Both the position numbers and the translations under genes were made by a program. From a virus (Duplodnaviria > Caudoviricetes): DNA of 61,717 nucleotides. The notes beneath the pieces were generated by a model, which was not told the origin of the DNA, did no database searches, and saw only the letters and a list, made by a program, of their open reading frames with translations. The DNA is taken from the IMG/VR virus record IMGVR_UViG_3300027896_000040, positions 1 through 61,717 of that record; one strand, given 5' to 3'. Shown piece by piece: positions 9,459 to 19,438 of this stretch; the first letter of the stretch is position 1; each line of letters opens with the position of its first letter.

Positions 9459-9932
9459 TTAGCTACTTTTTGCAGTGTCATATCCGTACCAAACGTCCAA
9501 CCTGTGCTCACCCACAACTAGACATTTCCAGCTTTTATTTAAGACTGCCCTTTTAATTAAGTTTTCTTTGGATATTTCTCCGATCAAGACTGCATTAGTT
9601 GGGTTAGTAATAATAGCATGAGCAAGTACGTACTTCTGCACACTTGCAAGTTTAAGTGATTTATCACTAGTACCCACTTTAAGTTGTTTATCTCTCCCCT
9701 CCCAAGTGGTTGTCTTAATTTGTGTATTTTTAAAGTCAGCTCCCCCATCACCTTTAAAATGTGAATACACTTTAAAGTTTACCTCCTGATTGGTGAACTT
9801 ACCATAAGCAATTTCACCTACTGTACCAATAAAGTAGTTTTCAAAGGTACCAGGACGTCCTGTACGAATAAGCTCGAACGCAAAGTCACGAGCTTTAGCA
9901 ACTTCCTTCTCAGTTAATTCAACTATTTTCAT
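9459..9932 (-). CDS. Possible PD-(D/E)XK-fold nuclease
   Basis: GTVGEIA...DGGADF...QIKTT. Confidence 0.45.
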   Translation of the reverse strand: MKIVELTEKEVAKARDFAFELIRTGRPGTFENYFIGTVGEIAYGKFTNQEVNFKVYSHFKGDGGADFKNTQIKTTTWEGRDKQLKVGTSDKSLKLASVQKYVLAHAIITNPTNAVLIGEISKENLIKRAVLNKSWKCLVVGEHRLDVWYGYDTAKSS

Positions 9933-10153
9933 TTACTTCTTTCCACCGCTTTGTAATTACCTTCTTATAACTATACCAAAGGTAAAATTTAAAACTAACA
10001 ATTGTTACCACTATTGTAATTACAATTGTTGCAATTGCTTGTACATTATCATTATCAAATTGCATCACTTATTATAAAAACGTTCCTAATCGTCAATACT
10101 ACTATCTACGGCGACAAATACAGTGATGACAATAATAATTAAAAGAGACACAA

Positions 10154-11089
10154 TCATCGCTTATATGTAGTATATTTAACATTAGAAAGATTTAAACAAA
10201 AAAGATCTTTACCACCAGCATAGGAAATCGCACTTTGCAGATCCATACGAATTTCTGATAACTTTGTTTGTATGGTATTTGTGGGGGTGAGGTGTGCAGT
10301 AAAGCCTTCAACATTTTTATTATGACCTTTATTACGTTCAGATGCACTGCCATAATACTCTTTTTTACCATCAATAATTTCAGCGGGTGAGTCTGAACAT
10401 GCAGCTAACATACCTCCAACCATAACAAAATCAGCCCCTGCAACTAAAGCCTTTACTATGTCTCCATTCTCTTTTATACCCCCATCAGCAATAATAGGTA
10501 CTTTAGCTACTTCAGCACATTGCATAATTGCTGTAAACATTGGTACATGAAAACCAGTTTTGTTTTTTGTACTGCATACTTGCCCCGGACCAATACCAAC
10601 TTTAATCATACTTGCACCCCAATTTTGCAAATCAATAACTGCATCAGGTGTAGTGACATTACCTGCAATGACAATAGTATTAGGAAATATTTCTAGGACC
10701 TTTCCAATCATATTCTTCATCATTAAGCTATGACCATGAGCTATATCAATACAAACACACGTTGGTTGTAAATTATAGAAGTGACGTAATTCATACAATT
10801 CAGTTACATCTTTTTCCTTAACTCCAACACTAATTGCTTTCCAATCGCATTGACAACCTTTTAAAAATTGAGCGTTATCTACATTGAAACGGTGCATTAT
10901 AGGAATAACGCCAGACAAAAAATACTTATGATAGGTACTTAAATCTATAACCGATTTCATATTAGCAGGAATGATCGGTAACTTAAAAGTGAAATCTTTA
11001 ATTGTTACCGACGTGTCTGCTTCGGCTCTTGATTTTAATTCGCTGTAGTTAGGAGTTAAATAAACGTCGCTATAATTTAGTGCCATCAT
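10154..11089 (-). CDS. guaC: GMP reductase (IMPDH/GMPR family)
   Basis: IDIAHGHS, KVGIGPGQVCST, IIADGGI, YYGSAS; no CBS domains. Confidence 0.9.
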   Translation of the reverse strand: MMALNYSDVYLTPNYSELKSRAEADTSVTIKDFTFKLPIIPANMKSVIDLSTYHKYFLSGVIPIMHRFNVDNAQFLKGCQCDWKAISVGVKEKDVTELYELRHFYNLQPTCVCIDIAHGHSLMMKNMIGKVLEIFPNTIVIAGNVTTPDAVIDLQNWGASMIKVGIGPGQVCSTKNKTGFHVPMFTAIMQCAEVAKVPIIADGGIKENGDIVKALVAGADFVMVGGMLAACSDSPAEIIDGKKEYYGSASERNKGHNKNVEGFTAHLTPTNTIQTKLSEIRMDLQSAISYAGGKDLFCLNLSNVKYTTYKR

Positions 11090-11574
11090 ACACTAACTAT
11101 TGTATCTACAATACGTTCTATTTCAACTGGTTCAAGACTTTGACTTTTAAACCCTTTATATGGGCTTATTTGAATGTATTTTGTCGGTCCAATTTGTTTA
11201 AGTACAGCAATTTTTTCATAATTTTGTGATTGTGGTAAATCATCAATCAAAAAATTCTTACCAGGAGGTACATCTATTTTACGATAACCTGCAGATCCTA
11301 CAATCTTTCTATCAAATACGCGGTTTGTATCTATACCAAGATCAAAGGCATTTATCATTGCAATTGCATACTCTCTTGTAGCTCTTGTAAGCATGTAAAC
11401 TTCCCCGAGTTGCTTCATTCTATTTACCAATAGTTTGGCACCAGGACGCACACTTGCATAGTAATTACACCCATCTACATCGACAGCAACTGTAGAGTTG
11501 TCATTCCCAAACATACTTGTATGGATGAGTGTTTCATCCAAGTCCAGAAAAATATTTCGAACCATATATTCCAT
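11086..11574 (-). CDS. HAD-family FCP1/NIF-like phosphatase
   Basis: FLDLDETLIH, VRPGA, LIDD. Confidence 0.8.
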   Translation of the reverse strand: MEYMVRNIFLDLDETLIHTSMFGNDNSTVAVDVDGCNYYASVRPGAKLLVNRMKQLGEVYMLTRATREYAIAMINAFDLGIDTNRVFDRKIVGSAGYRKIDVPPGKNFLIDDLPQSQNYEKIAVLKQIGPTKYIQISPYKGFKSQSLEPVEIERIVDTIVSV

Positions 11575-11582
11575 AGCTATAT

Positions 11583-11816
11583 TTACTTACCCATATAGTA
11601 TGGGCCGCTATAGTTTGTATATTTATTACACTGGGGGCAATAATCCGTGATGGTAAGTTGTTTGCGCGTTATTTCAGTTATAGCAAACCCGCAACGGTTG
11701 CACCTATAAAAAGCGTAACACTCTTTCTTTTCTTCAGTTATCGGCTCTTTCTTTGGCTTACTCTTTTTCATCACGCTTGTACAGCCATGTTTTAAAGCCT
11801 CTAAACACCCAATCAA
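11583..11816 (-). CDS. Small Zn-ribbon protein
   Basis: CNRC...CPQC; start probably further downstream. Confidence 0.5.
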   Translation of the reverse strand: MIGCLEALKHGCTSVMKKSKPKKEPITEEKKECYAFYRCNRCGFAITEITRKQLTITDYCPQCNKYTNYSGPYYMGK

Positions 11817-12012
11817 GAAAGTCTAATATGAATCCAACTGATTGGCAGAACCAAACTATTGGCCCACAAATTAAATTGTAAATTAATTTTTGTGGTCGAA
11901 GCCGAACCCTACCATGGTTATTAACCCAATGAATACCCCCACTAACTGCCCATGACCAACCAGCAATAATCGGCCAATGCAACCAAATATAATATTTTAT
12001 TGTATCGATCAT
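11758..12012 (-). CDS. Hypothetical membrane protein
   Basis: Trp-rich hydrophobic ORF. Confidence 0.5.
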   Translation of the reverse strand: MIDTIKYYIWLHWPIIAGWSWAVSGGIHWVNNHGRVRLRPQKLIYNLICGPIVWFCQSVGFILDFLDWVFRGFKTWLYKRDEKE

Positions 12013-12015
12013 AAA

Positions 12016-12660
12016 TTAAGTCCAAAGACGGTTCCTGTTAACAATAACCCATTGGCAAAGCTTAGTATCACACTCCTCTAACCAATCCTCCAACTTTGTA
12101 ACTTCATCGTAAATGCTAAGCCCTTTTTCTTTATAAAGATCTCCTTTAAGAGGTATTTTATTCCAAGCATCTTCTATTTGTTTAAGAAGCTTAGCACGTC
12201 CAAATTTAGCATAATCATATGCTTCTTTCAATTCTTTTTCAAATTTTTTATTTAAATCATCTGAATTGTAATCGGTAAACTCAAAGCACTTTTCGCGGTC
12301 AACAAACTCTAAAACACACTGAAGGTGAAATTCTATAACCATACCACATATGTCTACCCACTTAGGAGGGAATACAATATCACGCATTTCTTTGCGTGGA
12401 TTCTTAATACGGTATTTTAACTCTTGTACAAACTCACGCACTCGCATTATACGAACGCTAAAAAAAATATTTACATCATTTCTAATCCAGTACTGAATTG
12501 GGTAATTGGTTCTACCATATGTTTCAAATAAATCCCAACCTTCCATGGTAAGAGCATATGGTTGGGTGTACCATTTTGCAGGCCACCACCAGACCCAGCA
12601 CTCCTTTTTATTAGCAGGCTGATTAATGTAATGTTCAAATTCAAATGTATATTTATTCAT
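12016..12660 (-). CDS. Hypothetical phage protein
   Basis: ORF ending in RNRLWT. Confidence 0.65.
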   Translation of the reverse strand: MNKYTFEFEHYINQPANKKECWVWWWPAKWYTQPYALTMEGWDLFETYGRTNYPIQYWIRNDVNIFFSVRIMRVREFVQELKYRIKNPRKEMRDIVFPPKWVDICGMVIEFHLQCVLEFVDREKCFEFTDYNSDDLNKKFEKELKEAYDYAKFGRAKLLKQIEDAWNKIPLKGDLYKEKGLSIYDEVTKLEDWLEECDTKLCQWVIVNRNRLWT

Positions 12661-12869
12661 TATTTGTAGTCAACTGTCCAGTAAGTTTCGTTCAAGATAT
12701 GATCCCAAAGTGTTTCATATTCTTTGCTACCAATTTCAATATTATTATCTTTTGCTATTTCGTTAATAAGTTTATCAATTTTCTTATTAAAAGAGACATT
12801 TAACTTTTGAACAGCTGCAATCTTTTTTTTAGACTTCTTTGATAAAATGAGTTTGTGGGAATTATTCAT
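12660..12869 (-). CDS. Hypothetical protein
   Basis: Coupled ORF. Confidence 0.55.
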   Translation of the reverse strand: MNNSHKLILSKKSKKKIAAVQKLNVSFNKKIDKLINEIAKDNNIEIGSKEYETLWDHILNETYWTVDYK

Positions 12870-12870
12870 A

Positions 12871-13554
12871 TTAATATACTCTTACTATATTAGCTGTTTT
12901 TCCAACAATATCCACCACATAAGGTTTGTTAATGGGACTGTAAGCCTCGTTACAAATTGAGGCATTAACGTGGGTAACGTTATCTCTATAACAATCTCCA
13001 TACCCATAATGAACGTGACCACAAACATGTAGTAATGGCTTTATCTTTTTGATAGTATCAAGAAGATTTTGACAACCTACATTTTTAAGAACAGCTTTAT
13101 AATCTAAGCTGGGACACTCATCGCACCTAGAATAAGCAGGTCCATGTGTGATAAGCACGTCAGTATCTTTTGGAATAAGGTCCCAATGTTTCTGAATAGC
13201 TTCTCCCCTATCTCTGTTGAACGCCCAGTTAAAGAACGTGGGCTGAATAGGGGAGCCCCAGAATTTAATACCCTCTACCTCACAACCACTATCGTTAAGA
13301 TAGGTAATTTCAGGAGGAATAATAGCTTTAATCTCAGAATAAGAAGCTTTCTCCATCCACACATCATGGTTACCAGCAATAACGATCTTGTGTTTATGTG
13401 GTTTGGTATTAAACCAACCAAAGAACCGCATGCAATCAATCATATTACCATGATTGCAGAAATCGCCTGTATGAACGAGGATATCTCCATCAGGAAGGCT
13501 AGGAAGCATCATGTGCATTCCGTGCGTGTCAGAAATTGCTACAATTCTAGTCAT
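12871..13554 (-). CDS. Metallophosphoesterase (MPPED/239FB-like)
   Basis: ISDTH, HTGD, AGNHD, LITHGP, GHVHYGYG. Confidence 0.9.
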   Translation of the reverse strand: MTRIVAISDTHGMHMMLPSLPDGDILVHTGDFCNHGNMIDCMRFFGWFNTKPHKHKIVIAGNHDVWMEKASYSEIKAIIPPEITYLNDSGCEVEGIKFWGSPIQPTFFNWAFNRDRGEAIQKHWDLIPKDTDVLITHGPAYSRCDECPSLDYKAVLKNVGCQNLLDTIKKIKPLLHVCGHVHYGYGDCYRDNVTHVNASICNEAYSPINKPYVVDIVGKTANIVRVY

Positions 13555-13668
13555 TTAAAAAATTAAAAAAAAGGTTGTGTATTGTTTGGGGGTGGCATGT
13601 AAGGTATTGGGTCCCACCTTGATATGTCTTTAATTTCCCCGTGATAGGTAGTACAGCCAGTAACAATA

Positions 13669-13851
13669 CTAACCCCAGTTAGCGTAATCAGGATAATCAA
13701 AATGTTTTTGAATGACGTCATGAATTGCACAATAAAGTTTGTCTGTTGTTTGATCATTATAATCAAGTGCCCCATGATGTTCAAGATTATCTATAGCTGC
13801 TAATGCTGCGCTACGAACATCTTCCATGTACACTTTTCTTTCTGTTTTCAT
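13669..13851 (-). CDS. Hypothetical protein, paralog of next gene
   Basis: RKVYMEDV...FDYPDY. Confidence 0.6.
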   Translation of the reverse strand: MKTERKVYMEDVRSAALAAIDNLEHHGALDYNDQTTDKLYCAIHDVIQKHFDYPDYANWG

Positions 13852-14180
13852 TAATTGTGGTGCCTATAATCTGGCCATTGAAACTGTTTTTCAAGAAAAG
13901 CTTGAAGGTTGTCGCAAAAAGTATTATCTTCATTTACATTGACGAAATTAATATTGGACTTGTCCATTGCGTCATAAACAGCAAGGATCATATTGTTTAC
14001 ATCTTCCATATACACTTCTCTATTTGTAATAGCTTTACGGTCAGGATTAGTATCAGAAACAGGAATAGGTGTAGGTGGTGTTACTTGCTCTATAACCGGT
14101 TGTGGTTTCTTTCCGTAATTAGGACTGAAAAATGCTCTGCTAGACGTACCAGGTAGTTTGTTCATAATATAAATTATCAA
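13851..14180 (-). CDS. Hypothetical protein
   Basis: REVYMEDV...FQWPDY. Confidence 0.6.
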   Translation of the reverse strand: MIIYIMNKLPGTSSRAFFSPNYGKKPQPVIEQVTPPTPIPVSDTNPDRKAITNREVYMEDVNNMILAVYDAMDKSNINFVNVNEDNTFCDNLQAFLEKQFQWPDYRHHN

Positions 14181-14198
14181 CTTTCCTCTTAAAATAAA

Positions 14199-14765
14199 CT
14201 ATTTGATTGTTAGTAATTCTAACAAGGATGTATATTTAACCACACCAGTAGTCTCAATTTTAAATATCCAATATGTTCTCTTTATAAAAGTATCGTAATC
14301 TAATGTTTCAATAAAGAAGTCAAAAGCGGTATTTGAATTGAATGGTACATCTTTAGCATTAACTGTTGAAACCAATACCACATTATTTTTAAAGAAATAA
14401 ACTACTGCAGCGTGAGCATTAGCAGCACTTGGATCAGCTACCATTTCTTTTGGAAGCTCACCAACCCAGAAGTAAGGCACACCAATTTTTGTATCAAACT
14501 CTTTTTGATTACCTGCCATTACTTTCAAAGCAGAATAAAAAGGAGTTAAAGCGATTTCTGGCTCTTTCTTATGCCAAATATCTAACGCATCACGAAGTGT
14601 GGGAGTAGCTTCTTTACCGGTTGGGTAAAACTCTTTCATCCACATTTCATTCTTTGTTGGTTTGCCTAACAAGAATGTGATTGTTGTAAATGTGTTTGGG
14701 ATACAATCTTGTACCGCTACTAAACGTGTTGCAATAAGTACAAACAAAACTATAACAAATTTCAT
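14199..14765 (-). CDS. Secreted hypothetical protein
   Basis: Signal peptide. Confidence 0.6.
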   Translation of the reverse strand: MKFVIVLFVLIATRLVAVQDCIPNTFTTITFLLGKPTKNEMWMKEFYPTGKEATPTLRDALDIWHKKEPEIALTPFYSALKVMAGNQKEFDTKIGVPYFWVGELPKEMVADPSAANAHAAVVYFFKNNVVLVSTVNAKDVPFNSNTAFDFFIETLDYDTFIKRTYWIFKIETTGVVKYTSLLELLTIK

Positions 14766-14848
14766 ATGTAGATTATAATTATAGTTACTAGTAAAGCAAT
14801 TACAATAAGTGCCTTGGTACTTATTTTTATTTAATATCAGTTAAAAAA

Positions 14849-15100
14849 TTAACCTTTGCGAAAACTCATAGCCCTGTACTATTTCTTTTCACTAGATGCG
14901 CCGCGATTCTAAACGTTGATGACCGCGCAGGGTTCAGGTTAAAGAGACTTGGTTGTATAGCATATCTTGTATTGCCATGTATTGGTCAGTCGTCGGACAC
15001 GTGCTAACCATTGATTGCAGACTCGATTTTTATTGTCATCTGTATAATACAACTACTATTGACTTATTTGTCGTTTATTTGCAAATTGTTTAAAAGAGCA
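14849..15100 (-). ncRNA. Candidate structured RNA with own promoter and boxA-like element
   Basis: GGAAA-N5-TATAAT at 15106-15121, TGCTCTTTTAAACAA, two multi-stem domains, no ORF. Confidence 0.55.
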
Positions 15101-15140
15101 CCACCATTATAACTTATTTCCTTATTTAATCCACCCAACT

Positions 15141-15563
15141 TTAAAGCTTTACTGCCCACACATAAGGGATATCATCGGGGACGTCAAGCCATAGTGCGCG
15201 GTAATGCGAAGGTTGTTTTTTAATGAGATTTGATTTATGACTTAAATGAATATCTTCTCGTCCTAGCCAAGGAGGGAATGTGATTGGTTTAGAATTATCC
15301 AAATGATTGGTTATCTTTTGATAGCATGTATCTTTATACCCACGGCTCACCCATTCAATGCAAATAACTTGACCGTAAACTACCAACCCATTTTCATAAC
15401 CACGCCACATCTCTCTACAAGGATGATTTTTCCAGCCTTTGTAGTTTGGTTTATAAAATGAGTTGAGAAGGATTAAAACTTCAACCCTCTGTTTCCCTAA
15501 CCGCCTGTAATCTAAACATTTTGCGGACTTTTTAAAATCAGCGTACGGGAGAAATGTGTTCAT
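15141..15563 (-). CDS. Pyrimidine-dimer glycosylase-like protein (MSMEG_6728/DenV family)
   Basis: MNTFLPY...LDYRRLGKQRVE...NHP...MWRGY...SHKSNL. Confidence 0.85.
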   Translation of the reverse strand: MNTFLPYADFKKSAKCLDYRRLGKQRVEVLILLNSFYKPNYKGWKNHPCREMWRGYENGLVVYGQVICIEWVSRGYKDTCYQKITNHLDNSKPITFPPWLGREDIHLSHKSNLIKKQPSHYRALWLDVPDDIPYVWAVKL

Positions 15564-15750
15564 CGCGATTACTATGCTTAAACCAACCTAATGCATCTTC
15601 AAAAACATTATTATCATTGCTATTGAGCAAACTACGAACTACAACTGCTTCTGTTGTATTATACTTCTTGGCAAGATTTGAAATAATCAACGCTTCAGTA
15701 TCGTAACAGTTGATGTTGGTCAAGAGCTCAAACGACTTTGGTTTATTCAT
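15538..15750 (-). CDS. Hypothetical protein (possible ribbon-helix-helix)
   Basis: Start set by leaderless promoter at 15757-15772. Confidence 0.55.
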   Translation of the reverse strand: MNKPKSFELLTNINCYDTEALIISNLAKKYNTTEAVVVRSLLNSNDNNVFEDALGWFKHSNRDEHISPVR

Positions 15751-15785
15751 ACAATTATTATATGATTGTTCCGTTACTAAGCACA

Positions 15786-16091
15786 CTAAGAATACGTAAC
15801 TCTAACCTGTTGGTTGTTAAAATTGTAAACACGCTCACCAACATTATTATTAATAGGAGCTTTTGAAGTTTGCTCACCATTAAGAATAATTTTACCGTTC
15901 CAAGTTTTTGCCTCTTGACCTGTTGGCTTCTTTTGCTTTTTAGCACCCTTCATAACAAAAGTATTTATGAGAGTGGTTAGGTCTCCAGCCTTAGCAATTC
16001 TCTTTTCGATGTAAGGGCGGCTGTAATACTTTACCTTACAACCGGTGACTTTGCAAGTAAGAATAAGCGGAACTGGATAATCGGTGTTCAT
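15786..16091 (-). CDS. Hypothetical protein
   Basis: Leaderless promoter 16098-16113. Confidence 0.6.
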   Translation of the reverse strand: MNTDYPVPLILTCKVTGCKVKYYSRPYIEKRIAKAGDLTTLINTFVMKGAKKQKKPTGQEAKTWNGKIILNGEQTSKAPINNNVGERVYNFNNQQVRVTYS

Positions 16092-16129
16092 ACCAAAATT
16101 ATATCACAGTTCCGCTTATTAACTTTTAC

Positions 16130-16375
16130 TTACTGTAGTTCAATACCCTTTTCAGAAGCTAGAATGTAAACAGCTTCCTCGAAAGCATCATCGTAAATAC
16201 CATCATACTCATCCTCACTAAGATCCTCGTCAATCTTCATTGATACAATCTTAGGATGATTATCAATAATCTGTTCTGTCATAATCTCAATTTCCTTCTG
16301 ATACTTCTTCTCAAAGATATCAGCAGACATTGTCTTAGTATTGACCTTCTTGTTTATTTTTTTTGTCTTTGTCAT
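16130..16375 (-). CDS. Hypothetical acidic protein
   Basis: ORF from MTKTKK. Confidence 0.5.
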   Translation of the reverse strand: MTKTKKINKKVNTKTMSADIFEKKYQKEIEIMTEQIIDNHPKIVSMKIDEDLSEDEYDGIYDDAFEEAVYILASEKGIELQ

Positions 16376-16496
16376 ACGTGTTAATATTATAATTGTTCCT
16401 TTTAGAATTTTTGTTTCTAAAAATATCGTCAAACCTCTTACCATAATCTTCGTAAGAGATCTTAATTGGGCGTGGTTTGCTTCCTTTTCCAGACAT
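16335..16496 (-). CDS. Small phage protein (MSGKGSKPRP family), not in ORF track
   Basis: MSGKGSKPRPIKISYEDYGKRFDDIF. Confidence 0.6.
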   Translation of the reverse strand: MSGKGSKPRPIKISYEDYGKRFDDIFRNKNSKRNNYNINTYDKDKKNKQEGQY

Positions 16497-16501
16497 AATG
16501 A

Positions 16502-16669
16502 TTACTTGTTTTTTAAGTTATTATGCGAACCGTCGCATAAATCACCTTCGTCTTTAGTTGCACCGCAACCACAAAAGCGTACCTTTTCTGCAATAACTTT
16601 TGTACGCTTAAGGGGTTTGGTTTGTTTAATTGTAGTAAGTAACTTTGTTTGTTTAATAGTTTTGGGCAT
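16502..16669 (-). CDS. CDGSH iron-sulfur domain microprotein (55 aa, not in ORF track)
   Basis: RFCGCGATKDEGDLCDGSH. Confidence 0.8.
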   Translation of the reverse strand: MPKTIKQTKLLTTIKQTKPLKRTKVIAEKVRFCGCGATKDEGDLCDGSHNNLKNK

Positions 16670-16793
16670 ATACTATATTATAGTATAAACATTTAACCTT
16701 TCCACCCTGGGGGTGGTTCAGCAAAGTCAGCAGGAAAACCAGAAGTAGAGCTATTACCTTCTCTTATATTTATATTACGTTTTTAAAATTCAA

Positions 16794-17444
16794 TTACAAT
16801 TTATCAAATTTACCAACCAAACTGTTCATATCTTGTTGTTGGAATTTTAACGCTGCACCAATAGCTGCTGGACCTATTAATGCTAATACACCAGGTGGTA
16901 AATGGTTTAATATATCTTGCAAGTGAGGTATAAATGATGCACAACCTTGTAATGCAGTTAAACCTGCTACCCCACTTGAAATTAAAAATGATTTAGATTT
17001 AGCTATGTTTATTTTCTTTAAAGTATCTTTGCAGCGTTCTTTATGTACTTTTATCAGTGTGGTTGAAATGGTAGCATCTGCAGCCACCATTTTATTGTAT
17101 GCCTCTTTATTAAAATATGCTATCTTAACTGGTGTTTTAGCTTTAACTGTTGCATTACGCGGAGCGCCAGACATTAATGCACCCTCACCAATAAACGTAC
17201 CAGGGCCTAAAGTAGCTACAACTAGTTCTTTATCTTTTATCATTTTTATTACATCAACTTGACCACTTAAAACGATAAACATAAACTCTCCAAAATCACC
17301 TTCTTTAATGATCATTTCATTAGATTTATGTTCTATAGCTTCAGGAAATGTTGCAATCTTCTTTATTGTCTTTTCATGTACACCTGCAAATAAAGGACTA
17401 TTAACTATTTCCTCATAATTAATTTTCAATTTTTTAGCTGCCAT
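16794..17444 (-). CDS. Cyclic-nucleotide-binding domain protein with C-terminal membrane segments
   Basis: IIKEGDFG...GQV...GEGALMSGAPRNATV phosphate-binding cassette; no HTH; hydrophobic C-terminus. Confidence 0.85.
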   Translation of the reverse strand: MAAKKLKINYEEIVNSPLFAGVHEKTIKKIATFPEAIEHKSNEMIIKEGDFGEFMFIVLSGQVDVIKMIKDKELVVATLGPGTFIGEGALMSGAPRNATVKAKTPVKIAYFNKEAYNKMVAADATISTTLIKVHKERCKDTLKKINIAKSKSFLISSGVAGLTALQGCASFIPHLQDILNHLPPGVLALIGPAAIGAALKFQQQDMNSLVGKFDKL

Positions 17445-17449
17445 ACATT

Positions 17450-17462
17450 TATTTAATAAATA
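17450..17462. promoter_or_regulatory. Back-to-back TAAATA late-type promoters
   Basis: TAAATA on - (17450-17455) and + (17457-17462), each 5 nt from an ATG. Confidence 0.6.
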
Positions 17463-17467
17463 TGATT

Positions 17468-17932
17468 ATGTTAAAATTTTTGTTTATTTTCACATTACTT
17501 ACACAACAATTACTTGCAACACAATTAGATTTTGCATTTAAGTCTTCTGCATTTCAAACCAATGGTACATTTTCTAATTATGAAATAACATTAGAGAATT
17601 TAACTTATTCACGCAAACAAACTACAATTGCTCAACAAAAAGCTGATACTGCTACTGCGGTTGCTAATGCACAAAACACTCCAATAAATCAATTTATAAG
17701 TAACCTACAAGCTAGAATATATTCACAAATTGCGGCAAATGTTACAAACCAAATATTTCAAAACGGAGCTACGCAAGGTTCATTTAATCTACCCGGTGGG
17801 GCGTATGTCAATTGGGTAGTCAATGCTGGTACAGCTACTTTATCAATTTACGACCCATCTACCAACTCAACAACTACTTTAACAATTCCAGTCAGTAGTT
17901 TAATTACCCAGTCTAACGGAGGCAATGGATGA
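17468..17932 (+). CDS. csgF: Curli assembly protein CsgF-like
   Basis: Signal peptide, FAFKSSAF, FISNLQARIYSQIA; upstream of csgG. Confidence 0.75.
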   Translation: MLKFLFIFTLLTQQLLATQLDFAFKSSAFQTNGTFSNYEITLENLTYSRKQTTIAQQKADTATAVANAQNTPINQFISNLQARIYSQIAANVTNQIFQNGATQGSFNLPGGAYVNWVVNAGTATLSIYDPSTNSTTTLTIPVSSLITQSNGGNG

Positions 17933-18738
17933 GGTATCTAATAATTTTGTTAGCTATATTCTTAACAGGTTGCAGCACTACAAAAGTAAACGTTTCAAAT
18001 AAAATAGCAGAACAACCTTACGTACAAGAAAGTCCATTAGCTAAACAACTTAGAGGTTTACCAGAGTTAGATGGTCCCCCTATGACAGTTGCAGTTTATA
18101 AATTTGAAGATAAAACTGGCCAAAGAAAAACTTCCCAAACCATCGCACTATTTTCATCTGCAGTAACTCAAGGGGCTGAAAGTTGGTTAATTGATTCGTT
18201 TCAGCAAGCAAGCAACGGTAAATGGTTTATTGTACTTGAAAGAGCTGGGTTAGATGATTTGATTAAAGAAAGGCAAATGTATAGACAGGCCCGTGAAGAT
18301 TTTGAAAATTTAAAAAGCCCAGGCCCTCTAAAGCCAATGATCTTTGCTGGGGTGATAGCTGAGGGTGGTATAATAGGATATGATACTGATGTAAAGACGG
18401 GTGGTTATGGGGCTAATGTTTTAGGTATTGGTGCTAACGTACAATACTCAACTGACGTTATAACAACATCTTTACGTTTAGTAAGTACTAATACAGGTGA
18501 AGTATTAATTTCAGTAGCAGTAACAAAAACAGTGTATAGTGCAACTGTATCTGGTAATACTATGATATTTTTTAGTAACGGTACAAAGTATGGGGAAGGT
18601 GAATTAGGTGTAGGGGGTAATGAGCCAGTTACTTTAGCGTTAAGAGCTGCAATAGACGAGTCTGTTATTGAACTTATCAAACAAGGAGAGAAAAAAAGTT
18701 ATTGGAAGTTTAAGGGACAACGGAACAAAAACCAATAA
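17929..18738 (+). CDS. csgG: Curli secretion channel CsgG lipoprotein
   Basis: Lipobox LTGC, VAVYKFEDKTGQRK, FSSAVTQGA, WFIVLER, EGGIIGYD. Confidence 0.92.
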   Translation: MRYLIILLAIFLTGCSTTKVNVSNKIAEQPYVQESPLAKQLRGLPELDGPPMTVAVYKFEDKTGQRKTSQTIALFSSAVTQGAESWLIDSFQQASNGKWFIVLERAGLDDLIKERQMYRQAREDFENLKSPGPLKPMIFAGVIAEGGIIGYDTDVKTGGYGANVLGIGANVQYSTDVITTSLRLVSTNTGEVLISVAVTKTVYSATVSGNTMIFFSNGTKYGEGELGVGGNEPVTLALRAAIDESVIELIKQGEKKSYWKFKGQRNKNQ

Positions 18739-18754
18739 AAAAGTAAATATATAT

Positions 18755-19438
18755 ATGAACTACCTCCGAATAATTTTTGTTTTAACGTTCATTGCGTTAA
18801 AAGCACATGCTCAAAACGTTATTTACTTACAACAAATAAGTACATCTGCTACTGATAATATTACCCAAACAGGTACGTCTAACAGGGTTGGCTCTTCAAC
18901 CACACCTTCCACTATTAACGGTGATGGTGGTACGTTTACCATATCACAAATTGGTAGTAGTAATGCTTTAGATTTTAATTTAACTGGTGGTAGTTATAGT
19001 TTTTCTTTAACTAATACTGGTGACTCTAACACACAAGGTATATACTTAAACGGTAACAACAATTCGTTCTCTGGCACATTTACCGGTAGTTCAAATACAA
19101 TGCTATTTAATAAGGATGCTTCAACAGCCGGCACAACACAAGCAACCACTTTAAATGGTACGTTTGCATTTAATGTAACTGGTAATAGTAATTCATTTTT
19201 AATTGGTGAAAGCGATGGTTCGTATAACAATTTAAATTATACAGTTACTGGTAATGGAAATAGTTTTATTGCTTCACAATCGGGTACGGTTACTGGGGCA
19301 GCTGGACATTCACAAACAGTTACAACATCTGGTAACAACAATACATTAACAATTAATCAATCAGGTACATCAGCACAAACTGTTGATTTAACCCTTTCTG
19401 GTAGTAGTAATGTAATTACAGTAAAGCAAAGCCCGTAA
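18755..19438 (+). CDS. Curlin-like (CsgA/B-type) secreted repeat protein
   Basis: Signal peptide; repeated xQxGxxN / TGxSN beta-solenoid units. Confidence 0.7.
   Translation: MNYLRIIFVLTFIALKAHAQNVIYLQQISTSATDNITQTGTSNRVGSSTTPSTINGDGGTFTISQIGSSNALDFNLTGGSYSFSLTNTGDSNTQGIYLNGNNNSFSGTFTGSSNTMLFNKDASTAGTTQATTLNGTFAFNVTGNSNSFLIGESDGSYNNLNYTVTGNGNSFIASQSGTVTGAAGHSQTVTTSGNNNTLTINQSGTSAQTVDLTLSGSSNVITVKQSP

Noticed and set aside
16690-16765. Possible riboswitch/small RNA (CCACC/GGTGG hairpin, GCAAA, GGAAA)
   Set aside because: Only one short stem; no complete consensus recognisable.
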